Assembly: GCF_009834535.1 (NCBI RefSeq)
Contig: NC_045697.1
Coordinates: 77,440,001 to 77,504,000 of the forward strand
Length of the DNA stretch: 64,000 bases
Source of the DNA: Camelus ferus
Taxonomy: Eukaryota
Direction of reading: 5' to 3'
The notes under the pieces were generated by a model, which saw only the letters and a list, made by a program, of their open reading frames with translations, made no database searches and was not told the origin of the DNA. Position 1 is the first letter of the stretch. Each line of letters begins with the position of its first letter. Shown here in pieces: positions 43,150 to 57,352 of the stretch. The translations under genes and the position numbers were made by a program.

Positions 43150-44180
43150 TTTTAAGCTTGTAAGAGACTTTCAAAAGCATATTCTTTGGAAAGTGAAGGA
43201 CATTTATCATCAACACCATTTAAAATACATTGCATTCATTTCACGCACAAAAATATTGCTGAATTTCTTTAATTCTGAGAGTTCCTGAGGGAAAATTGGC
43301 TCCACCTAACAATGTACCTGCTCATGGAAGTGACTCGTGTAGTTAAAGCTGCCCATTTAAATACTTTTAAATACTTGGAATGGCTCTTTGTCATTTTTCT
43401 ATCTTTCTTGCTGTCGTCTCTCGCTTCTTGCTGGTTTCCATATACCTGGCTGTAGCTTCTGTTTGTTTTCTGAGGCTTTTCCCTGCCATTTGTTTGTTGA
43501 GAAATCCAGATTGTTTGTCCCTTAGAATTTTCCACATTCTGGATTTTGCAGATTCTGTCCCTATGATTTCATTTAACATGATTCTGTGTTTCCTATAAAC
43601 TAGTTGTTTCGGCCTGGAAGCCTGGTAAGATTCAGATTTTTTTGCAAGAGTGCTTTGCAGATGGTACTGCAGGTAGTACGATATGCTTCCTAGTAACCAC
43701 ACCAGAGGGCGTGTAGTGGCTGGTTCTCCGCTTTCTTTGTGGTGGTCAAGATTCATCAGTGGTTCAGATGTTGCCAGCCTGGTCCATCTATTGTTGAGGT
43801 TCCTATCAGCCTTTCACATAATGGCTTTATAAGCGATTAATTATCGTTGCCTAGAGCTGTTTTTTCATTAGAGGTTCAAAGTCATGACAGTCTAAGTCTA
43901 TCATTGCTTATGCCTTCATTAGCTGAAGAACTTTTCCACATCAGCTATGTGATTTCCCTGAGAAGGATCTTTTATAGGAAAGATAGACTAAGTGCTTAAT
44001 CTAATCTCTCCCTCAATTTATCTGTTTTCAGAATAAAGGGTTAGTGTATTCTCCAAAGGTGACTTTTAAAAGAAAATCTTTATAAATTCAAAGATGTAAA
44101 AATATTTGATATTTTTATTCATTGCAGTTACTATCATTTTCACACTCAAATTTTGCTGTCTTTCTCCAGGAGAGGCCCTG
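43150..44180 (-). mobile_element. Old L1MC/MD-type 3'UTR fragment
   Basis: CTGGATTTTGCAGATT, GATTCAGATTTTTTTGCAAGA; same type as 50230-52620. Confidence 0.65.
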
Positions 44181-46279
44181 ATGTAAGGCTTCTAGTCTTT
44201 GTGGGAAAGATGAACAGTAACTAGCCCTTTGGCGGTTTGGAATCCTGGGCTAAGGCTTTGTCTGGGCTCAGCAGGAAAGAACACTGGACTCATGTAGCCT
44301 CTCCTGCTATCAGGGAATGCAGTGGGGATGGGGATGCTGACAATGGGAATGGAGGCCTTGGGTTTCCATCTTTGTGCTGTGGGCACGAAGTAAGAAATGG
44401 GTGTGAAATAAGGAAAGACTGAGTGGGCCTGAGGGGCTCTTCTGAGAGTGAAAAGCATTTATTTTAACTGCTCAGAAGCTGTCAATCTGTTTCCTTTCTG
44501 ATTCTTAGGGAGGTTTAGATGGATGAGGATACCAAGTAGCTGAATTCTGGCCAAGTAATTTGTTTTTACTTTAATTAGGAATTCCAATAGCACAAAATAA
44601 CCATTCTTGTAGTTTCTTCCTTCTTATTTTCTATTAATGAAGAATAAGCTTCTATATTATACAGTTTGGGAATTTTTTTGAGGGAATCACCTCCCTCAAA
44701 AACTTCAGGGAACTCACTAATTGAAAAAGGCAATAAATAAAACAAAAATTAAGGGCATTTACAAAAAATATGTCATATATTTATACACAATTTTATATAT
44801 AGATACAGTTATATATATATGTATCATGTATAATAAAATATATATTTTCTATAAAAACCCATAGTTATATATATGTAAGTATACATATATACACGAACAC
44901 ATACACACATATTTACATATATATATTAAAGAGATGGGGGTCTATCATTGAAGACTTGAGCTTGAGTCCCAGTCCTACCCCTTATTACCTAAATTTGAAT
45001 CCTTAAGATACTACTTCCTAATCTGTAAAATGGAAGACAATAATTACTCTGCATAGCTCAAGGGCTTGTTATGAAAATTACATGCAATAATGTAAGTGCT
45101 TTATAAAATGTTATTCAAATTGTTTAACTATCAGGAGTGCTAAATATTTAGTTACAAGAATGATTAAAGTGAATGAGTTCAAATGGAAGAGGGTGAGAAA
45201 GGATTTGATGATGAGGTGAGTCTTACCCTGAATTTGAGGTAGGAAAAAAGGTATGATCCTTGGAAAGAAGCAGGCTAGGGAATCCCATGTGCATTGTTTC
45301 GGAACTGGGCTGGGATAAAATCTATAGTTTGCTTGGCTGTAGCAGAGCTCATGAGAGCTTGTGTATTGGGCAGTTATTGAGGGCACAGTTGGTGGTGGAC
45401 ATTAAACTCCATGATTAGGAGCTTTAATTTGACCTCAAAGGTAATTAAGCCCCACTGCTGGGCTCTGGGAAGGGGTGTTATCTGAGGTCAGCAGCAGCAT
45501 TCTGAGTGCTGGCTTTAGCCTAATTTGAAGCTAAAGAACAGCAGAAGATTAAGGGGATTAAACGAAAATATAGCCCTCAATCCTCTATGTTTCACCACTT
45601 CCTAAAATGACCTTGTAAGTGTTTAGTGTTTGAATTCAGGTCACATTATCAGCATAACCACTCAGAGAATAGTGATTGCTTTCTTGCCTATGTTCATCAT
45701 TGAACAGTAATGTATGTTGTTAATGAGTATTATTAAAACCATCAGCAGTGTGGTATAGTGGAAAGAGGACTGACCAACTGTTTGAGTCCTAACTCTGAGG
45801 TTGACTGGATTTTCAAGGAGAAACCAAATAAAGGTGTTAAATAGCAGGTTTCATGATGACAGGTCTTTGTGTGTGTATTCCAGATGTTTGTAGCACACCT
45901 GTGTTGTAAAAGGCACAATGTCTGGTGCTATTGGGACTAAAAGTGTGAATGGGATACAGGCCTTATTCTCAAAAGCTTATTGACTAGTGAGAAAGAGATA
46001 CATATATATCTAATTGTGATGATGATGGTGATGGTGATGATAAGAACACACAAAAGAACAGGTACGAGGTAGTAGAAAAATACAAAAAAAAAAAAAAAAA
46101 AAAAAAGAGAGGGAGAGATAAGTAATACTGCATCTAGGTGAAGAGCAGAGCAATTCCTGTACCCTAGACACTACTTGCTGTCTTCATGAGTCAGTTTGAA
46201 TCTCCATTAATTCAGGTTCAAAAATCTTTAGAGGTATGAACTTAGAGGAATTTACCAAACATCTGATTCTGTATAGAAC

Positions 46280-46327
<48 letters not shown>
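46280..46327. repeat. (CAT)16 microsatellite
   Basis: Direct read. Confidence 0.95.
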
Positions 46328-46600
46328 TATTATTTTTGATGTGAGGGATCTCAGAGAATATCTACTTCGACCCTTTTATTTCATGAAAACTGAGGTCAAA
46401 GAGATAAAGTGATTTCATGTAAAAGGCAGACTCAAGACAGAACTCAGTTTCCCAATTTTCAATGCAGTGGTCAGTCATCTATCATTCTGGGTTTGGAAAG
46501 ATTTTTAAAAGGGATACTTACAGCAAGCATAATCCCTCAATTTTTGGGTTACCTCAAGAAAGTGGTAGCACTTTGGTGCTATTAAAAGACCAAATCATAT

Positions 46601-46712
46601 GGTAAAAAAGAATATGAAAATGAATATATGTATGTTCATGTGTGACTGAAGCATTATGCAGTACACTAGCAATTGACACAACATTGTAAACTGACAATAC
46701 TTCAATTAAAAA
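46601..46712 (+). mobile_element. 5'-truncated L1 3' end with TSD AAAAGACCAAATCA
   Basis: TGACACAACATTGTAAACTGAC..ACTTCAATTAAAAA flanked by direct repeat. Confidence 0.85.
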
Positions 46713-48115
46713 AAAGACCAAATCAGATGTTTCTGAATTTTTGTTGTTCATTTGAAAACATTATAAAAATGACAGTTAAAACGATTATATGCTCTTTTGT
46801 TAGAAGTTTGCAGTAAGTGCATTTTGTCTCCAATACATTTTCAAGTTCCTACCTTTAGATACTTACTTTAAATATTTAAGGTCATCTCACTTTTAATTTT
46901 CTTAATTATAAAATTTTGATATGTGAAGCATGTAGGAACATGAGAAACAATGTAACTAAACATGTGCAATTGGCATAAAAACTGTGGACAAGAAACAAAA
47001 CTTTTGGAATCAATATCCAAAAATTATCCAGTGCAAATCTTAACTGAGTTAGCAGGTAATACTGTGATGGTATTAAATAATTGGCAAGATTGACTGTGCA
47101 TTAATTCTGTCAAGAGATCTGAATAAACAAGTTTAAAGTAACTAAGGAACTAATACAGACTAGCGAAAAGGAGGTATTCGTAACTGAGATGTAAGTGGGC
47201 TGTTCCTTTAGTACCTTAGGCCGATATTTCTCCAAGTGTGGTGGGAAGATTCCCAGTATCAGAATCATTCCAGATTCTGGTAAAAAATGAGCCTTTCCCT
47301 TGATTTATCAAATCAGAATCTCTAGAGGGTAAAATGCCCCCCAGGTGGTCTCGATGTATATTAGGAGGAACATTTTCAAGGGTGTAAGAATATGTTTCTA
47401 CTGTGTGATGCTGTTATTGGTCAAGAAAAGAGTTTAATGACTTGAAATAGAAGGAAACGGGTAGAGTCAGAGTGGGGAGATAAACAGAGACCAGAGAAAG
47501 GAACCTACATGGAGAATGGTCTCAGCCTCTTGCACTGCTGTGCTCAGGCTCGTGCTGGCTTGTTTCTTGTGCCTTTCACAGCTCGGCCGTATTTCAGCAG
47601 TCCTTCTCCTAGGACTGTGGCTCTTCCCATGATACTCACAGGCTCTCACTGATCTCAGCTCTGCCAGGGCTCTGGGTCCTAGACCCCAGACTTCTTCCCT
47701 TGCTATCACCCATTACCGGAACTCTGGCCTGCATCTCCATGCATCTTGAGATCTGCCCTCAGACTCATGCTTATCTCTATTTCCCAGAGCATTTTACAAC
47801 GTCATTGTTAAAATTGGCAAAAAATAAGAAGGAGCAAAATTTGAACAGGGATATACGTACTACTGGTTTAGCCCTTGACTCTGGCTCTGAAAATCAAAGG
47901 TACCAAGTTGGCCATTTGTTGTTCAATGTATTTGGCTAATTTAACCTCAGCACGTACCTTACCGAGCAGATCTTACTCTTCACCCTGGGCTAGTTTGTAA
48001 AACATGGAATGCTGGCAGCAATAAACTCAGAAATCTAGGGATAAGACCTATGGCAATGTTATATATTGTCTGAAGGATATTTGTTCTTTACATAAGACCC
48101 TAAAAACAGATACAG

Positions 48116-48165
48116 TTCTGACCTAAAATATTATACTTAATTCTGACCTAAAATATTATACTTAA
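48116..48165. repeat. Perfect 25-bp tandem duplication TTCTGACCTAAAATATTATACTTAA x2
   Basis: Direct read. Confidence 0.92.
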
Positions 48166-48484
48166 AAGATGTTCCTAGTTTTGCAGCTTTTTAATTTTGC
48201 TTCTTAAATAGATATTTCATTTTCAGCATTTGTTTATGTGTCTTATCTATTCTTTAGATAAATACACACACATACATACATACATACTTTTAATAAAACT
48301 AGATCAAAAAGAAAAAGCTAGTAAGTTGTGCTTAGTATTTGTAGGATACTAATGCCATACCCAAGGAATGGTGTTTCTGGCTAATTAGGATGTCCTATCC
48401 TGAAAGATATTGTAGGAGAAATACAATTAGAGAAATAAATGGGCTTCAGAAAGCTGAGTAAGCTGGGCTAATGTTTGACCCTAG

Positions 48485-48832
<348 letters not shown>

Positions 48833-49838
48833 TAAAGCCAATGTCAAGTTTCTCCCTTTGGTTCCCCCAGAAAGGCAATTTTATTTTTCCCCAATTTTAA
48901 AGCCTTTGTAATACTTTCAGGTCTCCTTTTATTAAATTTTATGTTTTATTGAAGTATAGTCGATTTATAATGTTGTATTCAGGTCTCCTTTGTATCTTGT
49001 GTTCCTAGATCATATACTTTCTAAGGCTGCTCAGGGATTGATATAAGGAAGGAATTCCCTGAGTGGACTCCATGGACCTCTGTGGGTTTGACTGTGTGCA
49101 GAATGTCAGTATTTTCAAATTTTTTAGGGGAGTAGTTCCATAGCTCTCATAAGATCCTCAAAGAGTGTGTGACTCCTGCATCTCACTGCATAACCATCTG
49201 GTAGGAATCTTAAGAAACTGCACCAGGGCTGGTTATCTTGGGGTCCTCCTATTTGGAGACTCCAGGCCCAATGTAATGACCCAAGGAGAAATGCCATGTC
49301 CTTTCTCCTGGGAGGTCCAGTGAGTTACTCATGAACCTAATGGCTGCAGCATACATTCAGTGGAACTAGTTGGAGCAAGATTTCAGGTAAACCTGGCATC
49401 TGCCTGTTCATTGTAGTCCCTGCTTACATGGGACTAGTGGGCGAGAGCCATAGCTTAGAACAGTGACCTGGAAGGCTGGGGTTTAGTGAAAGTAAAACTA
49501 CTGGGGAATGTCCCCACACTCAGGTGAAGGGCCCCTGTCAGCACTGAGAAGGCTGAAGAGCAGAGCAGGGGATGTCCCATTCCTGTCAAGAACTTCCTAG
49601 AGTCCTTGGCTTAAATGGCTGTATCTTTTCGGGGGAATTAGTACTTTTTTATCCCAAGGGTAATTCTAATATGAAAATCTGTATTTGAAAGTATAAACAG
49701 TGACAGTGTAAACCGAGGTTTTCATGATAATTGAACTGACCTCTTTCACCCATTGTTAGAGTAACAAAAACAGCCTTGCCAGTCAGTTACAGCAGATACA
49801 AGTGTGAGGTGCCCTAATTTTTGCTGATTTATTACTGA

Positions 49839-50048
<210 letters not shown>

Positions 50049-50944
50049 TGATTTCCTTCATTTTCACTGATGTTTCTAAGGTGGCCACAGTCTGGGTTGG
50101 TGGTCTTTGATCAACAGTATGCATCAAAATTACCTCAGGGTTTTATTTTATTTTGCTTTTTAAAACATGAATGACTGGGCTCTACCCTAGATCTGTTAAA
50201 TCAAAACCTCCAAGGTTAGGAAATAAGCATGCATTTATATATTTTACTGTTTGTTTATCCATATTTTATTATATTTCATTATATATCTCTGAAAGATAAG
50301 CACGTAAGAAACACAACCGTGATACATTATTATATCTAAAAAACTAGCTGTAATTCCCTAGTACCATGTAATACCCAGCCAGTTTTCAGGTATAACCACA
50401 ATACCATTATCAGAACTTAAAAAGTTAACAGTATTCCTAGTAACAGCAAACACTAGTCAGTATTCGAATTATTAAAAGAATATTTAACGGTTGATATGTT
50501 TGGCTAAGTATCCAAACAAGCTCCATGTGTTGTATTAGCTTGATACCTCTCTCTTTTATCCTATGGATTTACTCTCCTCTTTTTTTCCCCTTGCAACTTT
50601 TACAGAAGAAACCATATTTTTCCTGCAGTTTCTCACACTCTGGATTTAACACACCTAAATGTCCCTGTCCTTCTGCAAACTTGTAGTTAGATCTAAAGCC
50701 TTGATCAGATTCAGCTTTGAAATTTTGTCAATAATACTTAATAGGTGTGTTTATTCTTCCATCAGGAGACACATAACATCTGGTGGTTTCTCTTTCTGTC
50801 ATCCGTTATAAAGTTCCCAATGGTCCTTCTTTTTCAAGACAGTTTTACTGAGGAAAAAATACGCATGATTTACTTTTCACCAGTCCTTTCTGGCATTCTT
50901 CTAACGATATTAGAATCACCTGGGTCAGTAATAGCCAGCGTGCA

Positions 50945-51443
50945 TGTTACCGACCGTCCTGCATCCATCCCAGCAAGGGTCCTCCTGCCCGGCGTCCGTC
51001 GGGCCAATAGAAGGAGACCAAGTTCTGTGCAGAGGCAAAGGGAAGATATTTTTTGATTTAGGAATAAAGAAGCGCCAGCACATGCTCTCTCCGAAAGGCG
51101 CCAACAGGGCTGCCTTATACGGATCTCCTCAGCTCGGGAGGGTGCGGAGTTCTCGCGAGACCAGGCGCAGCTGCGCCTCTCAGCTCCAGATCACAGCGCA
51201 GGCAGAGCGTCTCCGCAAACGCCTGGTGCCGCCATCTTGGTTGGAGGTGTGCACAGCTGCTCCGCGCCCGGTACCGACGTGAGGTGTCTCTGCCGCCTCC
51301 AATCCGATGTCTTAGGCGGAAGACCTTTGCACACGGCACTCGCCACAGGCAAGTGAACCGAGACTAAGCCCAAAGAAGAGGTTGGGCCTTATCACGTAAA
51401 TTCTGTCTTTTCCCGAGGACCCCAGTGGGCAGGGCCGGTGACT
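50945..51443 (-). mobile_element. Young CpG-rich ERV1-like solo LTR inside the RPL30 retrocopy
   Basis: Ends TGTTACCG...CCGGTGACT (inverted, one end mutated); 4-bp TSD TGCA (50941, 51444) exactly splits RPL30 coding sequence; minus-strand TATAAG near 51114. Confidence 0.8.
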
Positions 51444-51674
51444 TGCATACCCTGTAGTATTTTCCACATGCTGTGCCAAATTCAGTATTATTGCCACTGC
51501 AAGGATGGGCGGCATGGTGTAGTACTCTGTTTCAGATTCCCTCAAGGCTGGGCATTTTTTGGCAAGGATGGACAGTTTCCCTTTGCCTTGTCTGAACATT
51601 TTCTTGTACCCACAATACTTACTTTCCACTTTTTATAAGGAGTCGGAACTTAGAGTTGATGATTCCAGGGACTT

Positions 51675-51803
51675 TTTTTGTTTTATGAGGGGGAGGTAAT
51701 TAAGTTTATTTTTTATTTATATTTGGAGGAGGTGTTGGGGATTGAACCCAGGCCCTCGTGCATGCTAAGCATGCCCTCTACCACTTGAGCTATACCCTCC
51801 CCC
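51675..51803 (-). mobile_element. Camelid tRNA-derived SINE (Vic-1-like) inside the RPL30 retrocopy
   Basis: Minus GGGGAGGGTATAGCTCAAGTGGTAGAG...GGTTCAATCCCC (A/B boxes); TSD TTCCAGGGRCTTTTT. Confidence 0.9.
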
Positions 51804-53646
51804 TTCCAGGGGCTTTTTTTGTCTTTTTTTCTTCCGCAATTTTTCTGTCTTAGATGTGGGACCCGCCTCAACCAAGAGCAGGTGCCAAGACAGCTGGGAG
51901 CGAGAAACAGCCCAATGGTCTTTCAGGGGATGGTTGTAGCAGCCATAACACTCGTTTTCTAGATCCATTATTTAATCAAGAGTTTCGAATGGTGATATAT
52001 AGTTCTAATATTTCTTTTAAATTATTAATTGTAATACCTTTATGAAGAGATCTTTTCTCATGAACTGTTTGATTACCCCAACATACAATTTTTACAGTTA
52101 AGGCAGGCTGAATGTTGAATTTTTTTTCTTTGTTTACTTATATTTAGAATAATGGGTTTGTTCCTTAACACCTTCTTATGGTGGCCAGTTTTTTTTTTTT
52201 TTAAGTATTATTATGAACGCCTAGATTTTTAAAAACATTTTTAATATGTTTCAATCCACTGCAGTTGTTATTCTTACTGATGAGCAAATTGTCTCCTCTT
52301 TGGCTGGTGGAGCCTCTTCAAATGGGTTCCTGACGCCAGTAGTCTTTGATAGTTTCCTCTTACCTGGTAGGACATATATTCCAGGCTCCTCTTGTACATT
52401 CTGTAATCTAGACCTAGAACCAACAATCTCTCAAGGCCACTGCTTCCTTTTGTTGAGAAATTGTATTTAGATAACGTAATTTGCTACAAATTTAGTCTTT
52501 GTTTCTGGGCCTTTTGGGGCATCAGAACTAGGAATACACTTTTAAAAAAGAGAAATACATTATGTGTTCATATGGACATTCTCAATTCAAATTTAGGATT
52601 ACATATTCAGATACTTTCTTATAGATTTCTTATTGATTGTACCAACATAGCTAAGTAGAAATAAATGTTTAAAATCATGTATATTGTCTATCACTGATTC
52701 AGAGATGATGGGGAATGGGTTTGTCTGGGTCATTTGTGCTTGGGAAACAAGGCACAGAAAAATGTGATGGCTGGTAATGAATTTCTTGGAAATTGCCCAC
52801 TACCTTTGTGACTGTCTATGGAACTTTCCCTTCATCTAATACAATGTGGTTTACCAATGGGCAGGTACACTCAAGTGCTTGATGTTAATGCGTTACAGAG
52901 TCCACCATATGCCAGGCAGGACACACATAATTTCACTTGACTGTCAAAACTTCAAGAACTTCTGTGGTATATATTTTATTTGGAATTTATTTTGATGTAT
53001 GGTGTAGGGTAGGGATTTAAATTTTACCTCAAATCATTACTCAGTTATTTCTCTACCATTTACGGGATGATCTTTCACATTCACAATTATTTAAAATGCC
53101 TTTATCATATGCTGTATTCTTACATGTGCTTGAGTCTTTTCTAAAACAAGGTTTCTGTATAGTTCTATTATCCTCTTGGCCTATTCCTGCACTCATTACC
53201 CACTGTTGTAGTTCTTTGACCTTCATAATACATTTTAATATTTGTTTAGAGCCGCTCATTCTCTTTCTACACCTAACCACAGTCATACAATGTTTTTAGT
53301 TTTCTTACACATACAATTTGTTTTCCAGAGGAACTTGAGAATCATTTTCCCAAGTTCCATTTAAAATATTTTGGAATTTTGATGATAATAACTTTAAAAG
53401 TATTGTTTGACAGAAAAGAAGCTTTGAGAAAACTAGAGTAATTTGCCAGAATTAGAAATCTTTAATTTTTTTAGATTTGAAATTTTTTTCTTTATTTTTT
53501 TTATCTCCACTGCCACAGCAATTCATAAATGTTTGATCTTTATTTAACTTACTCACTTCAGGATATTATTTTTGAAATTAGCAATTGATTTTACTAAATT
53601 TCCACATATCTGATTTAACACTAATCTTGACCTTATTTTTCATTAA

Positions 53647-53799
<153 letters not shown>

Positions 53800-54688
53800 T
53801 GAAAACACTCATTTTCTAAGTGACACCTAAAAATTGCATCTACTGATAAAGGAGAATAGATTTTCCAACATTACATGTTGAAAGATACTTGCCTAAAGTA
53901 TTAACATATTGATTTAAATAGGATTTTGGGGGTTTTTTTTTTGTTTGTTTGTTAATTTTTAAGTAGTATAGTGATAATGAGCAAGAACTTCAAAGCTGGA
54001 CAGCCCTGAGGTAGCATCACCAGTTACTGGCAGTGTTGTTTTGGAGTAGTTACTTGCCCTCTTTTGGTCTATTTCCTTGTCAGTAGAGATTAATGATACC
54101 TGCCTCCTGGACTTGGGGCCAGTATTAAACAAGATAGTGGATTTGGGATGCTTAGCCTGTTCCTTGCACTTGTAAATACCTCTCTACTTTTATCTTCATA
54201 GACACTTAAGCATATAGAGGGAAGGTTGTAACTCAGAATTAGTGGAAGAGTTATATGTGACTTTTTGTTTCTTTTTCATAAAAAAAGCAAAAGAAGTCAA
54301 GAGACCAAATATCTGAGAGAAAAAAAATATGCTAATCACTAGGAAAAGTTAGACCAGCTGCCAGACTCATCAAATGCATTTCTTATTCTAGCCAGGTGCC
54401 AGTATACTTGTTCACAAACTCAAAGATAGAGCAGGAAGACAAGGGCCATTGGGATATGAAGGGTTAACATTCAAGATGTCAGTTTAAATGAAGAGAAAAA
54501 AAATGTCAGGTTATAGGGAGGTTAGAGTATAGTGACATTTTCCTCCTAATCTCTGACAAATAAACTTGATTGCAGCAGTATGAATGATTGTGGAAATGGT
54601 TTTAGAAATCAACATATATTAGGTTCACTTCAGTCTTTTGATGAAAAATTGATACAGTTTTGCATGACATACCATCATTATCAAGTAA

Positions 54689-54829
<141 letters not shown>

Positions 54830-55895
54830 TAGTGCTGTGAACGTTTGAAAGTGCATCTCTGCAAAAAGATTATGTGAAAATGTTTTATTTAGAAAGAGTA
54901 TTAAATTACTTTTGGCTTCTGCATATAAAGTCTGATCTTTTACTTTTGGAAATGGAAAACAAAATACATTGTAAATATAAATAATAAATTATTATCATAT
55001 AAATAATAATTGAGGAATATTTTGAAGTTAATTAGCATTGAGCAAAAATTTGGTACAACATCAAATATGACATTAATGTGTATATGAAAGTCATAACCGG
55101 AATAGTCTTAAAACATGTTATAATTGAGGCATTTGTTGATTGATTTGATTTTCATGTCCAGTGAATATAATAATAATCATAATACTTTGACAAGTTCGGT
55201 CCTTTTCATGACAAAATTCAATATGAATTGTGTGCCTCAACTATTTTTTTCATCTTGTGATACTACATCTCTTGTGTCCTTCAGTAGCCTTGGAAATCTG
55301 AGATCTATACAAAGTTAATTTAATCTCCCCTGGATTTCATTACACCTGTAATCTGGGATAACATAATGATGAGCCTGCAGAACTTGCCTTAGTCAGACCC
55401 CAGTACTCTTAACTTCTCAGGGCCTTAGTGAATGTAGCATAATTTGAGCTCTGAAAATTATCAGGGTTCTTGTTATTAACTCACATAATCATACTTCCAT
55501 TTCAGAAGTGCCCAGGCCAGAGAAAGGTATTTATTTGGACATGAATTAATACTATCTGCTAATATTAATGTCTTAGTATCTCTGAATCAAAGAGATTACA
55601 GCACTAAGACTTGCATCATTTAGCTAAGATGTTTGTTATTTAATACTGGTTCTTTCTGTAAGTAGTTTGCATTTTAAAAGCGGGCACCTAGACAAGGTGG
55701 AAACCAGTGATGAAATTCTGGCCATATTTTACCTAATAGAAAAGAAGGTCTTCTTGCTTATCTTAACCTCCACCACGCTGGTGGGAAATTAAGAAAACAA
55801 GTCCACTAGAAATTAAGGAAGAGGGTGCAATGAATGAGAAGAGTCAGAAGTGCTTTTCGGATTCCAAGGCATATGTTAAATGCAGCCATATTTGA

Positions 55896-56048
<153 letters not shown>

Positions 56049-57179
56049 TGATTTTGCTGCTTGGATAGATGTGCTTGTGCTTTAAGGACAGAATAGAGGA
56101 TTTTATCCTAACAGATGACCCGGGCTACTTGAGAAGCCTCTGCTAAGCTCAGAATGATTAGGAAAAGAAAAAATTTAATATAGATAATGAAACATCATTT
56201 CAGAAAACTTTGAGGATGTTTCTCTTACCATAACCCAGCCTTGGTCCTTGATGTGATTCAGCCATTTTATAGGGGATGACTGAGCAGGATCTGAAGTTTA
56301 GTTTCCTCTTTAGAGGTGACAGTGGAAAGCTAGCACAGTGCCATACACGTAGGAGGAGCTCCATAAATCGATTTTTATCTATTTGCTGTTAGTGGGGCAA
56401 GTGGGAGGTTGGGGTGCAGCATAGGAAGTAATTTGCATTTAGTACATGTCATCAAGGGAGGGAATTCAGTGACCTCCTAACCATGAAAATCAAGAAATGT
56501 CCCTAAGTTGTGTGGCTCATGGATGAATGGCAGTCTAACACAACGTTATTTACATAGTAATTTTACATGAATTTTTTTTTGAACATTAGAATTTCTGTTA
56601 TCAACCCAGTCAGCTGACCATTTGGTCTTTAATTTCTTAGTTATATTTGCACTAGGTTAGAATGTGCTTGAAATGATATGTACTGTGTCTTCTGGAGATT
56701 AATCACCCAATAATTATAAATTTACAGTTATTAATCTCCATAATTACTTAGTTATTACTAAATACTACATTAATTCCTAGAATTTCAAACTTTGTGCTTT
56801 CGTTTCTTCTTGTCTTTGACGCATTCTGGTAAATACCTGGTAAATGGCCAAAATAGACAGAGTGAAGCAAATTGATTCTGTGTTTAATTGGTATGGATTC
56901 ATAGCCAAATATAATTATTTTTGCAAATAGAAGTTTTATAATTAAACACTACTAGCAAACAGTTCTTCTTTCTTAAAGAGCTGAATCTATGTGACTCTAT
57001 AGAATAATTATATTAACAGAAAAAATTAATAGAAACAATTCAAGATTCATTTATTACCACATTAGCTTTTTCGCACAGTCAATATTTTTTTTACAGCTAG
57101 GTGAATAAGGAGACCTAGAAGGAACTTCTAGTCTTGTGACTTATTCATGGTTTTGCATTTCTCTGCTCAGTGTTCTCAT

Positions 57180-57352
57180 TTTCTTGCTGCTTAAACTGTG
57201 GTCCTGGGACCAACAGCACTAACATCATCAGCTGGAGCTTGTTAGAACTGCAGATTCTCAGGCTCCACCTCAACCACTGATTCAGAATCTGCATTTTAAC
57301 AAGATTACCAGGTGTTTTGTATGCACATTTGAGTTTGAGAAACAGAGCACTA
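57180..57352 (+). mobile_element. MER5A hAT MITE
   Basis: GCTTGTTAGAA..GCAGATTCTCAGG..TCAGAATCTGCATTTTAACAAGAT..AGTTTGAGAA. Confidence 0.88.

Larger units (their letters stand above)
50829..51910 (-). pseudogene. RPL30: RPL30 processed pseudogene, split by a solo LTR and a SINE
   Basis: Minus strand gives a 5'TOP-like TTTCTCG leader, then [30 protein letters not shown] and [24 protein letters not shown] (stop at 50870-50872); no host-gene introns; TSD CCCAATGGTCYTT at 50816 and 51911; start ATG lost, frameshifts. Confidence 0.92.
50230..52620 (-). mobile_element. Old L1MC/MD-type fragment hosting the RPL30 retrocopy
   Basis: ACCACAATACCATTATCA, ATCAGGAGACACATAA; L1-like sequence resumes after 51911. 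Confidence 0.65.

Noticed and set aside
51312..51629. 105-aa minus ORF with RPL30 similarity as a functional gene
   Set aside because: No native ATG, frameshifted after EYY, and it runs into the LTR
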